A stretch of 64,000 nucleotides of DNA from Minisyncoccota bacterium (GTDB lineage Bacteria; Patescibacteriota; Minisyncoccia; Phycocordibacterales; UBA2100): contig JAYWCB010000012.1 in NCBI GenBank assembly GCA_043780835.1, forward strand, positions 21,998-85,997, written 5' to 3'. The position numbers and the translations under genes were made by a program. The notes beneath the pieces are model-generated. The model worked only from the letters and a program-made list of their open reading frames with translations, was not told where the DNA came from and did not search any database. Below are positions 1 to 10,074 of this stretch, in pieces. How positions within the stretch are numbered: the stretch's first letter is position 1; each line of letters starts with the position of its first letter.

Positions 1-638
1 CCATTCGTGCCATGCTTGGGCACGACGTGCGAGGAGATTATCGCACCGTTGAACTCGATACCGTTGCGGTCAAATCACCGCAGTTTTCCTATAACCGCAT
101 TAAGGGAGCCGACCCCATTCATTATGTGGAAATGGCCTCGACCGGAGAAGTCGCGTGTTTCGGAGATTCATATTACGAAGCACTGATCAAATCCATGCTT
201 GCTGCCGGTTTCCGATTGCCTAAAATAGGTCCCAAGACAAATATTCTTCTTTCACTCGGTAAAGAAGAAAACAAAGTAAAACTGTTACCGTCGATCCGAA
301 TACTTTCTGAACTCGGATACACGCTCGTCGCCACTGAACACACCGCTGATTTTTTGAAGGGGCACGGCATCAAATGCAAAAAAGTGTACAAACTGCATAG
401 CCGAAAAAAACCGAATGTATCGGAATTATGGGACAGCTTAGATCTCATCATTAACATCCCCGCTCGCGCGCTCGCGCGTGAACCACAAGACGGCTTTATC
501 ATCAGACGCATGGCCGTTGATATGAATATCCCACTCATCACCAATCGACAACTTGCAGAAGCTTTCGTCACCGCACTTTTTGAAATACATGGCAGGAAAA
601 TGAATACGAAACACTGGAAAGAATACGGCCTGCGATAA
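1..638 (+). CDS. carB: Carbamoyl-phosphate synthase large subunit, C-terminal part (5' end outside window)
   Basis: VAVKSPQFSY..GADP..VEMASTGEVACFG, then an MGS-like domain (LVATEHTA, DGFIIRRMAVD..IPLITN). Confidence 0.9.
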   Translation, partial: IRAMLGHDVRGDYRTVELDTVAVKSPQFSYNRIKGADPIHYVEMASTGEVACFGDSYYEALIKSMLAAGFRLPKIGPKTNILLSLGKEENKVKLLPSIRILSELGYTLVATEHTADFLKGHGIKCKKVYKLHSRKKPNVSELWDSLDLIINIPARALAREPQDGFIIRRMAVDMNIPLITNRQLAEAFVTALFEIHGRKMNTKHWKEYGLR

Positions 639-642
639 TGCG

Positions 643-3288
643 CTACGTCTTCTTTTGTCGCTTCAGTAACTTTTTGAGGTAATAACCCGTATGTGAGCCC
701 TCCGTACGTGACACTTCCTCTGGCGTGCCATGCGCAATAACCTGACCGCCCCCCGAGCCGCCCTCCGGACCCATATCGATGAGGTAGTCCGCGCATTTCA
801 ACACGTCAAGGTTGTGCTCAATGACAATGACGGTATTCCCACGCTCGACGAGTTTCTGCAGAATATCGATGAGTTTCGCCACATCGTCGTAGTGCAAACC
901 GACTGTCGGCTCATCCAAAAGATAAATACTTTTTGTAATGTGCGGTCTATACAGTTCGGACGCAATTTTCACACGCTGGGCCTCGCCACCGGAGAGTGTA
1001 GTCGCACTCTGTCCCAATTCCAGATAACTAAGTCCCACATCGATGAGTGTTTGCAGCCGATCAGCAATAGCAGGGATGTCTTCGAAGAATGTATTGGCTT
1101 GCTCGACAGTCATCGAGAGCACATCGTGAATACTCTTCTTTTTATATTTGACGTCGAGCGTCTCTTTCATAAAGCGCTTACCGTTACATACATCGCACGT
1201 CACATACACCGTCGGCAAAAAATGCATTTCTACCGCAACAAGACCGTTGCCCTGACACGCTTCACACCGTCCGCCTTTTACGTTGAATGAAAATCGCCCG
1301 GGTCCCCATCCGCGCGCACGTGCCTCTTCGCTCATCGCAAACATATCGCGGATGTGGGTCCACGCACCAGTGTAGGTGGCGGGATTCGATCGTGGCGTGC
1401 GACCAATGGCAGATTGATCGATCAGAATGGCACGACCGAGGTATTCGGTACCGGAAAATTCCTTTACGTTGTAGAGTTTTGCAGTACGGAATCGTTTGTC
1501 AAAACGCGCCTGCAAATTGCGATGCAGTATTTCGTAGAGAAATGTGGATTTACCTGAACCCGAGACACCGGTAATGCCCACGAGTTTACCGAGCGGTACA
1601 TCTACGTTTACATTTTTGAGGCTAAATTTTGAAGCTCCACGCACCTTAATCTTTCCCTTATCCGCCGTGCGACGCTGTTCGGGCACATCGACTTGCAATT
1701 CTTCCCGCAAATATCCGAGCGTGCGTGAGCCAGATGTATTTTTCTTCGCCGTCAATAAATCGTCGAGCCAACCGGCCGCCACGATCTCTCCGCCGTGCGT
1801 CCCTGCACCCGGTCCAAGATCAATAATATAGTCTGCTGCAAAAATGGTATCTTCGTCGTGCTCGACGACGAGCACAGAATTACCAAGATCTCGCAGTCGC
1901 TTGAGTGTCTCGATCAATTTTTCGTTGTCCCGCTGGTGCAAGCCGATCGTCGGTTCATCGAGCACATAAAGCGCGCCGACGAGCCCTGAACCGAGCTGCG
2001 ATGCAAGACGGATTCGCTGCGCTTCGCCCCCTGAGAGTGTATTTGCTTTTCGATCGAGCGTGAGGTATTCGATACCCACATTGAGCATAAACTGCAAGCG
2101 ACTCGTTATTTCTTTGATCACGGCTTTTGAAATTTCTTTTTCCTTGGCAGAAAGCTTCAGTTTGTCAAAAAATGCCTGCGCGTCTTCAATCGAAAGTGAT
2201 GCGATCTTTACGATATCCATTCCGTGCGCCGGCCCGCTATGATCTTCGGGAGCCTTTACGGGACCTAAGAACACATTGAGCGCTTCCGGTCGCAAGCGTG
2301 CTCCGTTGCAGACTTCGCAGTTTTCGTCGGAAAATAAATACTTAGTGCCCAATCCCTTGCATTCCGGACACGCACCGTAGGGTGAATTGAAGGAAAACAG
2401 TCGCGGCTCGACTTCCGGAAAAGAAAAACCATCGTACGGGCACATAAATTTGGCAGATACGATTCGCTGCCCACCATTGGCGTCTGTAATACGCACGAGG
2501 CCTTCGCTCTCATGAAGTGCGCGCTCAATGGCTTCGGATGCCCGCTCGTGTGCGGCCTTCGGATCGTCTTTAAATTCCGACACAAAGAGCTCGTCGACGA
2601 TCACGTCGATATCGTGTCGATCATTTTTAGACAGTACGATGCGTTCGCGCAAAGATTTTTCTTCCCCGTCAACAACTACTTTTTCGAACCCTTTGTTCAA
2701 CAAGTCGTACAATAACTGGTAGTACTCACCTTTGCGCCCCACTACAATAGGAGACGAAATGCGCACCTTTCCATCGCTCACTCCTTTTGTGAGCTTGACG
2801 TCCTTCTTTACCGTTTTCGGCGAGGATTCAACGATTTCCAGTATCGTGTGAAGGATTTCTTCATTACTCAGCTTGCGAACTTCGCGACCGCAGATCGGAC
2901 AATGCGGGTGGCCGATACGCGCATAGAGCACACGCAGGTAATCGTATATTTCTGTAATAGTCGCGACAGTGGATCGTGGATTGTTTGAACGTGATTTTTG
3001 GTCGATCGAAATTGCTGGTGAAAGCCCTGTTATCTCGTCCACATCGGGCTTTTGCATTTGACGTAGAAATTGTCGCGCATACGCGGATAGCGATTCAACA
3101 TATTTGCGCTGGCCTTCTGCGAAGATTGTATCGAATGCGAGCGATGATTTACCCGATCCGGACAGGCCGGTGAATACCACCATTTTATTACGCGGCATTT
3201 CAACGCTCACATTCTTGAGATTGTGTGTGCGTGCACCCTTGATAACGATTTTATCTTTTGATTTTTCGGGATCTCTGTCTTTGTCCAT
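643..3288 (-). CDS. uvrA: Excinuclease ABC subunit A
   Basis: GARTHNLKN, two Walker A motifs ([18 protein letters not shown]), LSGGEAQR twice, CxxC zinc fingers. Confidence 0.98.
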   Translation of the reverse strand: MDKDRDPEKSKDKIVIKGARTHNLKNVSVEMPRNKMVVFTGLSGSGKSSLAFDTIFAEGQRKYVESLSAYARQFLRQMQKPDVDEITGLSPAISIDQKSRSNNPRSTVATITEIYDYLRVLYARIGHPHCPICGREVRKLSNEEILHTILEIVESSPKTVKKDVKLTKGVSDGKVRISSPIVVGRKGEYYQLLYDLLNKGFEKVVVDGEEKSLRERIVLSKNDRHDIDVIVDELFVSEFKDDPKAAHERASEAIERALHESEGLVRITDANGGQRIVSAKFMCPYDGFSFPEVEPRLFSFNSPYGACPECKGLGTKYLFSDENCEVCNGARLRPEALNVFLGPVKAPEDHSGPAHGMDIVKIASLSIEDAQAFFDKLKLSAKEKEISKAVIKEITSRLQFMLNVGIEYLTLDRKANTLSGGEAQRIRLASQLGSGLVGALYVLDEPTIGLHQRDNEKLIETLKRLRDLGNSVLVVEHDEDTIFAADYIIDLGPGAGTHGGEIVAAGWLDDLLTAKKNTSGSRTLGYLREELQVDVPEQRRTADKGKIKVRGASKFSLKNVNVDVPLGKLVGITGVSGSGKSTFLYEILHRNLQARFDKRFRTAKLYNVKEFSGTEYLGRAILIDQSAIGRTPRSNPATYTGAWTHIRDMFAMSEEARARGWGPGRFSFNVKGGRCEACQGNGLVAVEMHFLPTVYVTCDVCNGKRFMKETLDVKYKKKSIHDVLSMTVEQANTFFEDIPAIADRLQTLIDVGLSYLELGQSATTLSGGEAQRVKIASELYRPHITKSIYLLDEPTVGLHYDDVAKLIDILQKLVERGNTVIVIEHNLDVLKCADYLIDMGPEGGSGGGQVIAHGTPEEVSRTEGSHTGYYLKKLLKRQKKT

Positions 3289-3364
3289 ATAGTTTTGCCC
3301 GCGGCTTACGCCGTGGGTTTTGTAGGGCCACTATACCATAATGACCAAAATCGAATGACCCGAC

Positions 3365-4285
3365 TCACAACAATGCCGCTTCCTCATGTAGCTCAATTCC
3401 GAAACGATTCTGCACTTCCATTTTTACAATCGCAGCAAGATTGCGCACATCCTGCGCAGTAGCATTGCCCTGGTTCACGATGTAGTTCGGATGCTGCACG
3501 CTCGCGATAGCACCGCCCACGACGACGCCCTTCATGCCGGCTTTTTCTATCAGCCACCCGGCAGGCACACGACTCTCGCGCGACGAAACACCCTTTTCCG
3601 CTTCAAAAACCGCAACGATAGTCTGCGGTGCAACAGGATTCATAAAAAAAGAACCGGCGGCTCGTACATTTTGCAAGTGCCGTTTTTCACGCTCTACAAT
3701 AGTGTCGCGTGCAAGCACCGCACTCAGTTCCGGATCCGTCTCCTGCAGATCGAGAACGACTTCCGTTATGATCCACTCCGGATTTTTCTTGAAATAGCTG
3801 TGCCGGTACGAGAATTCGGCTCCCTCTAAACCAAAAATCCTCTTGTTGCGAGTTATTCTGTTGATTGCATGGATCTCGCGCACAAAATCCTTAATCTCGG
3901 GACCGAATGCGCCGGCATTGCCGCGCACCGCACCGCCAATTGATCCGGGAATACCCGCGAGCTTCTCCCAGCCTCCTAAACCGTGTGACGATGCCTCGGT
4001 TATGAGTGTGAGCAAATTGCACCCTGCGTTGGCAGTAAGCGCGAATCCGGTGAATGTATGGGTTGTACCGACCATATGAATCACGAGTGCATCGATGCCC
4101 GTATCAGGCACGAGCACATTACTTCCGCCTGCAAGAATTACGGTCTGTATGTGATGAGCCTCTGCCCACTGCAGCGCATCCAAAAGATCCGCGTCATTTG
4201 ATACTTCGACGAAATAGCGAGCCGTGCCGCCGATTTCAAACGTTGTGAGGTGCGCGAGCGGAACATGTTCTTTCATCACGGGCAT
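3365..4285 (-). CDS. murB: UDP-N-acetylenolpyruvoylglucosamine reductase
   Basis: TTFEIGG, GGSNVL, GIPGSIGGAVRGNAGAFG, FSYRHS, AGSFFMNP, HPNYIVN; start taken at ATG 4285, right after the uvrB stop. Confidence 0.95.
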   Translation of the reverse strand: MPVMKEHVPLAHLTTFEIGGTARYFVEVSNDADLLDALQWAEAHHIQTVILAGGSNVLVPDTGIDALVIHMVGTTHTFTGFALTANAGCNLLTLITEASSHGLGGWEKLAGIPGSIGGAVRGNAGAFGPEIKDFVREIHAINRITRNKRIFGLEGAEFSYRHSYFKKNPEWIITEVVLDLQETDPELSAVLARDTIVEREKRHLQNVRAAGSFFMNPVAPQTIVAVFEAEKGVSSRESRVPAGWLIEKAGMKGVVVGGAIASVQHPNYIVNQGNATAQDVRNLAAIVKMEVQNRFGIELHEEAALL

Positions 4286-4286
4286 A

Positions 4287-6362
4287 TTATTTTGAAGTTT
4301 GTTTTTTTGCTTTCTTTTCCGCTTTGCCCTGAGTCGCAATCTCAAGATCTAATTTAGAAACTTCGTCCCGCAAAAGCGCCGCGGTTTCAAAATCCAATGA
4401 GTCGGCTGCGTCGTGCATCTGACGGCGTTTTTCTGCAACCAATTTTTTGATGTCTCCGCCATGGGCAATGAGATCCTGCTCGACGAGCTGATCCACCGCC
4501 CGCGATCGCGCACGCATGATATCTCCGATGATGTCGTTGATTTTTTTCTTAATGGTCTCCGGTGTAATGCCGTGTTTGGTATTGTAGGCCACCTGCACTG
4601 CACGTCGTTTGTTGGTGATATCAATCGCACGATCCATTGATCCGGTATGGTGATCTGCATACAGAATGACGCGTCCGTTTACGTTTCGCGCGGCACGACC
4701 AATGGTCTGTATGAGCGACGTCTCGCTGCGAAGAAAACCCTCCTTATCAGAATCAAGAATGCCGACCAGTTCTACTTCCGGCAAATCCAATCCTTCGCGC
4801 AATAAGTTGACTCCGACAAGAACGTCAAACGTCCCCTTTCGGAAATCGGTGAGTATTTCAATGCGATCGATCGTTTTCACATCGCTGTGCACATATCGAG
4901 CTTTGATTTTCTTTTCGATGAGAAAGTTCGTCAAATCTTCCGCCATTTTCTTCGTCAGCACCGTTACCATTGAGCGTGCTCCTTTTGCCGTGGTTTCTTC
5001 TGCTTCCCGAATGAAATCGCGTACCTGCCCGGGGTACTCTATTCCGGTGAGCGTATCCGAGCCGCCGCTTACAACGGGACGCACGACAATTTCAGGATCA
5101 ATAAGTCCGGTCGGACGAATGACCATCGCAATCGGCTCGCCGCTCTTTTCTAACTCGTATTTACCCGGTGTGGCTGACGTATAAATCGTCTGGCCGACAC
5201 GCGCTTCGAATTCTTTAAAATTAAGGGGTCGATTATCGACCGCACTCGGTAAGCGGAACCCGTGCTCTATGAGCATATCTTTTCGTGCCCGGTCTCCCGC
5301 ATACATTCCGCCGATCTGCGGTACCGTCATGTGGGATTCGTCGATCACCGTAAGAAACTCGGGCGTGCCGTCCGCCGCATGCGGGAAATAGCTCATGAGC
5401 GTGTATGGCGGCTCTCCCGGTTCGCGACGATCAAAATGCCGCGAATAATTTTCTATACCATTACAAAAACCAAACTCCCGAATCATGCCGATGTCTTGTC
5501 TCGTACGACGCTTGAGTCGTTCGGCTTCAAGAATTTTTCCTTGTTCGCCTAAAACCTTGAGTCGATCTTCAAGCTCCGCTTTTATATCTGCGAGCGCCGC
5601 CTCTTGCACATCTTTCGGTGTTACGTACTGGCGAGCCGGATACAGAAAGGTCGCATCGTGCGTCCCTAAAATCTCGCGCGTGACAGCACTGATTTCTTCG
5701 ATCTTGAGAATGCTTCCTCCCGTGAGATCAATGCGATAAATGACACGCTCAGATGCAGGCATAATTTCAACGCGTGAACCGAGTGCGCGGAATGTGCCCG
5801 GTGAGAGGTCTCCTGCAACACGGTCAAAATAAATACCGATGAGCTTTCGCGTCAGTGTCGCACGAGTCATTTGTTCACCAACCACAAGTTTTAAATTTAC
5901 TTTTTGGTATTCGATCGGGCTTCCCAGTCCGTAAATGCACGAAACCGAAGCCACAATGATGACGTCTTTTCGCGTGAGAAGTGCTTGCGTCGCGGCATGC
6001 CGAAGTCGTTCGATGTCTTCGTTGATCATCGCCTCTTTTTCTATATACGTGTCCGACACCGGGACATATGCCTCGGGCTGGTAGTAATCGTAATACGAGA
6101 CGAAATAGTGCACTGCCGCATCAGGAAAAAAATCGCGATATTCGCTGGCGAGCTGTGCGGCGAGTGTTTTATTGTGCGCAATCACCAACGTCGGTTTTCC
6201 GATCGCTTCGATTACGTTTGCGATGGTATACGTCTTACCGGAGCCGGTCACACCTAAAAGCGTCTGGTGCGCTTCACCCTTTCGTAAACCTTGAAGCAAT
6301 AACTCTATTGCTTTCGGTTGGTCGCCCGAGGGTTTATATTCGCTCACGATTTTTAATGCCAT
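4287..6362 (-). CDS. uvrB: Excinuclease ABC subunit B
   Basis: GVTGSGKT, HNKTLAAQL, YYDYYQPEAY, DESH, QTIGRAARN, C-terminal UVR domain (LDFETAALLRD). Confidence 0.98.
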   Translation of the reverse strand: MALKIVSEYKPSGDQPKAIELLLQGLRKGEAHQTLLGVTGSGKTYTIANVIEAIGKPTLVIAHNKTLAAQLASEYRDFFPDAAVHYFVSYYDYYQPEAYVPVSDTYIEKEAMINEDIERLRHAATQALLTRKDVIIVASVSCIYGLGSPIEYQKVNLKLVVGEQMTRATLTRKLIGIYFDRVAGDLSPGTFRALGSRVEIMPASERVIYRIDLTGGSILKIEEISAVTREILGTHDATFLYPARQYVTPKDVQEAALADIKAELEDRLKVLGEQGKILEAERLKRRTRQDIGMIREFGFCNGIENYSRHFDRREPGEPPYTLMSYFPHAADGTPEFLTVIDESHMTVPQIGGMYAGDRARKDMLIEHGFRLPSAVDNRPLNFKEFEARVGQTIYTSATPGKYELEKSGEPIAMVIRPTGLIDPEIVVRPVVSGGSDTLTGIEYPGQVRDFIREAEETTAKGARSMVTVLTKKMAEDLTNFLIEKKIKARYVHSDVKTIDRIEILTDFRKGTFDVLVGVNLLREGLDLPEVELVGILDSDKEGFLRSETSLIQTIGRAARNVNGRVILYADHHTGSMDRAIDITNKRRAVQVAYNTKHGITPETIKKKINDIIGDIMRARSRAVDQLVEQDLIAHGGDIKKLVAEKRRQMHDAADSLDFETAALLRDEVSKLDLEIATQGKAEKKAKKQTSK

Positions 6363-6398
6363 CCGACTACTGTATCAAAAATGGTTCTCACGGGCATT

Positions 6399-6419
6399 AA
6401 AAAAGGCCCCTGAAGGGCC
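6399..6419 (-). terminator. Intrinsic terminator
   Basis: Minus strand GGCCC-TTCAG-GGGCC followed by TTTTTT, downstream of the 6462-6632 microprotein. Confidence 0.75.
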
Positions 6420-6461
6420 GAGTGTATCGCGTCGTTTCTTCTGAGGTAGTGCGAGTTTTGA

Positions 6462-6632
6462 CTATTTCGCCTGCTTTGGTGGCTCAGTCTTTCCCAGTTG
6501 GTCCTTCGACGACTTGTCGGCAGGCTCCTGCGTATACTGGACCGGCTTGCGAACCAATCCTCCCCCGAAGCGACCCTCGGGTCCGGGTAGTCCGATTCCT
6601 CGACCGGTAATTCCCTGGAGTGGTTTTGTCAT
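6462..6632 (-). CDS. 56-aa Gly/Pro/Lys-rich microprotein (not in ORF track)
   Basis: Hand translation MTKPLQGITGRGIGLPGPEGRFGGGLVRKPVQYTQEPADKSSKDQLGKTEPPKQAK*; purine-rich GAGAAAAGG upstream, TGGTATACT box upstream, terminator downstream. Confidence 0.6.
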   Translation of the reverse strand: MTKPLQGITGRGIGLPGPEGRFGGGLVRKPVQYTQEPADKSSKDQLGKTEPPKQAK

Positions 6633-6739
6633 TGGTCAACCTTTTCTCGTTTCGTCGTCAGTTGAACGCAGATATACATCGCACGTGATTACACGCACGT
6701 AAATAGTATACCAGTGTTTTGGGATTTGTACACTCACAA

Positions 6740-7966
6740 CTACGCGCGCTTCACATAACCGGCGAGGAACGAGTCACGAAATTCTGCGAAGTTCCCGTTT
6801 ACTATGGACTCCCGAATCCGCGCCGTGAGGGTTGAGAGAAAATACATGTTGTGCATCGACGCGAGTATCATGCCGAGCATTTCTTTGGAGCGAAATAAAT
6901 GATGCACATAGCTTTTGGTATACGTTTTGCAGACGCGACAATCACACAGCGGATCAATGGGAGAGAAATCGGTTGCATACGCCGCTCGTTCGATTGAAAA
7001 TTTACCGTGCTCCGTATATACGGTACCATTGCGTCCGTTTCTCGTCGGTACAACACAATCGAACGTGTCGATGCCGGACTCGACTCCGATAAACATATCC
7101 TCGGGTTCGCCGATGCCGAGCAAATGGCGAGGCTTTTCTTGTGGCAAAACGCGGTTCACCTTTTCTAAAATGCCCATAATGTCGGCCTTGCTGAAGGTGC
7201 CGCCGATGCCATATCCGTCAAAATCCATATCCGCGAGCGTTTGAGCACTCTCGAGTCGCAGATCCTCATAGCGGCCACCTTGTACGATTCCGTAAATTCC
7301 TTGACGGTTATTTGCGTCTATATTGCCCCGATGCGTTTTGAGACTACGTTCAGCCCAACGATGCGTGCGATCCATGGATTCTTTCTGATCAGGATGCGGC
7401 TCAGTAGGAGCAATAAACTCATCGAATGCAAAAATAATATCCGCGCCGAGCGCATGTTGGATTTCAATGGAGCGCTCAGGAGTAAACCGGTGCAGGGACC
7501 CGTCATGATGTGAGGTAAATGAGACGCCCTCGTCATCGACAATGGCGAGTTTTCCGTGTTCGGTAGCTGTGTCTTCGTCATACAGTGTGACACCTGCATC
7601 GCGGGGTTTATCTGCCTCAGTGATCTTCGATACCTGTTTACCAAATCCGACCCCAAGTGAAAATACCTGAAATCCGCCGGAATCAGTCATTGTTGGCCCG
7701 TCCCATGCCATAAATTTTCCGACGCCGCCTGCTGCTTCGACAATCTTTTCTCCCGGCGTCAGGTACAAATGATACGCATTCGTGATCACTCCCTGCAGCG
7801 CCATCTCCTTAAAATCAAATGAGGCAAGGCCTTTGGCTGTCGCTTTTGTAGCCACACCCATAAATGCGGGCGTCTTAATATCTCCATGTGGCGTAGATAA
7901 CGTACCCGCTCGTGCGAGCGTGCCCGGCACCGCGTGCTCTGTGGAAAATGATATGGGACGCTTCAT
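6740..7966 (-). CDS. tgt: tRNA-guanine transglycosylase
   Basis: TPHGDIKTPAFM, NAYHL, TDSGGFQVFSL, GIVQGG, PRHLLGIG, DTFDCV.PTR, CDCRVC...HN zinc site; start at ATG 7966. Confidence 0.96.
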   Translation of the reverse strand: MKRPISFSTEHAVPGTLARAGTLSTPHGDIKTPAFMGVATKATAKGLASFDFKEMALQGVITNAYHLYLTPGEKIVEAAGGVGKFMAWDGPTMTDSGGFQVFSLGVGFGKQVSKITEADKPRDAGVTLYDEDTATEHGKLAIVDDEGVSFTSHHDGSLHRFTPERSIEIQHALGADIIFAFDEFIAPTEPHPDQKESMDRTHRWAERSLKTHRGNIDANNRQGIYGIVQGGRYEDLRLESAQTLADMDFDGYGIGGTFSKADIMGILEKVNRVLPQEKPRHLLGIGEPEDMFIGVESGIDTFDCVVPTRNGRNGTVYTEHGKFSIERAAYATDFSPIDPLCDCRVCKTYTKSYVHHLFRSKEMLGMILASMHNMYFLSTLTARIRESIVNGNFAEFRDSFLAGYVKRA

Positions 7967-7993
7967 AGCGGGCAAGCGTACCACACACTGGTG

Positions 7994-8122
7994 CTATTTT
8001 TTTCCTCCCTTCTTACCGCCCTGACTTCTGTTTTGCTGCATGCGCGGCGCAACACGCAAGGGCGTTTTGGCACCTGAATTTTTCTTTAAACGTTGCGAAC
8101 CTTCGATCGGATTTTTTGCCAT
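7994..8122 (-). CDS. 42-aa basic microprotein (not in ORF track)
   Basis: MAKNPIEGSQRLKKNSGAKTPLRVAPRMQQNRSQGGKKGGKK*; fills the tyrS-tgt gap on the same strand. Confidence 0.6.
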   Translation of the reverse strand: MAKNPIEGSQRLKKNSGAKTPLRVAPRMQQNRSQGGKKGGKK

Positions 8123-8134
8123 ATGATGATCTGT

Positions 8135-9373
8135 TTATTTCTCCAATCGTAACACGGCTATGTTGCGCTTTCCTCGCTTCAGAAGCGCGTGACCGTTTTG
8201 GAAATCGCCGCTTGTGAGCGGTCTATCTTGCGAGACCGCGGTTCCATTGAGGGTGATGGCGTTTCCTGAAATATATTCACGCGCTTCTCGCTTGGAGCTC
8301 GCCAATTGACTCTCAACGAGCATGTCTAGAATAGCAGCACCCTCGTGGACTGAACGTGAAGGCGCGCTCTGCGCAATAATTACCCAGTCTTCGCCTGTTG
8401 GGCTTTCCGTGCCAAACAAAAGCTGCGAGATGCGCTCAGCACGCGCACTTTCTGTTGACCCATGCACCAGACCCGTCACCGATCTCGCGAGCAGTCGCTG
8501 CGCAAACCGTTCTGCCGGATTTACATGTTGACGCCTGATGGCAATATCAATGTCTTCGCGAGGAAGAAGTGTAAATTTGAGCAACAACTCCTCGACCATG
8601 TCATCACCAACATTGACAAAAAATTGATAAAACTCATAGATACTCGTCTTTGTTTCATCGAGCCAAATCGCATTACCCTCGCTCTTCCCAAATTTCTTGC
8701 CTGTTGATTTATCCACAATCAATGGCGACGAAAGCGCGAATACCTTTGTATTTTCTTTGCGTCGTATTAGATCAACGCCCGCAATAATATTGCCCCATTG
8801 ATCGGATCCGCCGATTTGTACATTGCATCCGTATTCTTTGAATAGATGCCAAAAATCGTATGCCTGTAAAAGTGGATACGAAAATTCAGTGAAAGAAATA
8901 CCATCTGTACTTTCGAGCCGCGCGCTGATTGCATCTTTTTTAATTAGATTGTTTACAGTGAAATGTTTTCCCGTATCGCGAAGGAATTCCATCAGGCTCA
9001 GCTTTGTAAGCCAGTCCGCGTTATTGACGAGCTGCAGTTCCACACCACCAAGGATTTTTTCCGCCTGAGCCTTTAATTTAGCGGCCCGTTCTGCAACAAC
9101 TGTCGCGTCGGTGAGTGTCCGCTCCACATCCGGTTTGGGGTCACCTGCAAGCGCGGTTCCTCCACCAATAATGAGAATCACTTTGTGTCCCGCCTCAGCA
9201 AACCTACGCAGAAACATATACTGCACAAAATTTCCCACATGGATGGAATCGGCAGTCGGATCAACGCCTAGGTATACGGTTCGCGTCTCGCCGTCTGTTA
9301 TTTCTTCAAGAGCCTCGGATGAGAACTGATGTGCGTATCCTCGCTCTTTTAGTATCTCGGACAGCTTTGCCAT
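8135..9373 (-). CDS. tyrS: Tyrosine--tRNA ligase
   Basis: GVDPTADSIHVGN (HIGH-like), QIGGSDQWGNI, KFGKS, C-terminal S4 domain; start MAKLSE at 9373. Confidence 0.97.
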   Translation of the reverse strand: MAKLSEILKERGYAHQFSSEALEEITDGETRTVYLGVDPTADSIHVGNFVQYMFLRRFAEAGHKVILIIGGGTALAGDPKPDVERTLTDATVVAERAAKLKAQAEKILGGVELQLVNNADWLTKLSLMEFLRDTGKHFTVNNLIKKDAISARLESTDGISFTEFSYPLLQAYDFWHLFKEYGCNVQIGGSDQWGNIIAGVDLIRRKENTKVFALSSPLIVDKSTGKKFGKSEGNAIWLDETKTSIYEFYQFFVNVGDDMVEELLLKFTLLPREDIDIAIRRQHVNPAERFAQRLLARSVTGLVHGSTESARAERISQLLFGTESPTGEDWVIIAQSAPSRSVHEGAAILDMLVESQLASSKREAREYISGNAITLNGTAVSQDRPLTSGDFQNGHALLKRGKRNIAVLRLEK

Positions 9374-9395
9374 AGACGCCAGAATAACATAGAGA

Positions 9396-9427
9396 GAGGC
9401 CCCGAGTGCAGTTGCACTCGGGGCCTC
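9396..9427 (-). terminator. Perfect 15-bp inverted repeat, probable terminator upstream of tyrS
   Basis: GAGGCCCCGAGTGCA-gt-TGCACTCGGGGCCTC followed by a pyrimidine tract on the minus strand. Confidence 0.65.
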
Positions 9428-9429
9428 AA

Positions 9430-9647
9430 GGGTTTCGTTATTTACAACACACGAACAAAACCAGACGCCGAAGCGCAAACGGTTGAGTATCGCTGCATAA
9501 CGATTACGGAAACCCGTTCCGGACGAACGAAGTCATGGCCATGGAGCTGTGTCGGGCACCACGAACTTCGACTCTTATCCCGCCATTTCGCCATTAGCGG
9601 CTCACCGCCCGATCCGTATGCATGATGACTGATACATAGTGGCAACG
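9430..9647 (-). ncRNA. Candidate structured non-coding RNA, family unassigned
   Basis: ~220-nt gap in a gene-dense region with several helices found by eye (GCGG-tgag-CCGC; CGAAGT.CGTGGT/GCCATGACTTCG; TACGGA/TCCGTA) ending in a strong hairpin. Confidence 0.3.
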
Positions 9648-10073
9648 TCAAGCACCGTGTGTCCCATCGCGTATATGCTCGCGATGACGCACCTCTTCCT
9701 CATCCATGCCCAAATAGTGTGCATACTCGTGCCACACGGTTTCATCGACAATGCGTCGCACATGCGACAGGTATTCCTCGTGAGAAGCCTGTGGCGGACA
9801 CGCCTCCTCCGCAGCGTCTAAAATTGGCTGCTGATATATCGTAATCGTGTCGGGCATTGCCAATCCGCCATAGGTTTCGCCACGTGCCGTAATGGGTATT
9901 CCATGATAATAGCCGAGCAAGGTTTCGCCCTCGGTTAATCCGTTGAGTTTCCGCACTTCCTTCGACGGGTCGTCTTCTATGAGGAGCGCTACGTTTTGCA
10001 CCTTCTTCCGTGCCCATTCCGGCAATTTTTCAAACCCATCCACTACCATTTTTTCAAAATCCTCCGGAGGCAT
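9648..10073 (-). CDS. Zincin-like metallopeptidase family protein (Zincin_1/DUF1025-like)
   Basis: LLGYYHGIP, PDTITIYQQPI, TVWHEYAHYLG (HExxH). Confidence 0.88.
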   Translation of the reverse strand: MPPEDFEKMVVDGFEKLPEWARKKVQNVALLIEDDPSKEVRKLNGLTEGETLLGYYHGIPITARGETYGGLAMPDTITIYQQPILDAAEEACPPQASHEEYLSHVRRIVDETVWHEYAHYLGMDEEEVRHREHIRDGTHGA

Positions 10074-10074
10074 A

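Noticed and set aside
9374-9650. T-box riboswitch, tRNA/tmRNA end (TTCGACTC..CCA) or HDV-like ribozyme (TAATGGCGAAATGG)
   Set aside because: No T-box consensus beside the terminator, no pairing T-stem or acceptor stem, and no HDV P3/L3 with the CC needed for P1.1
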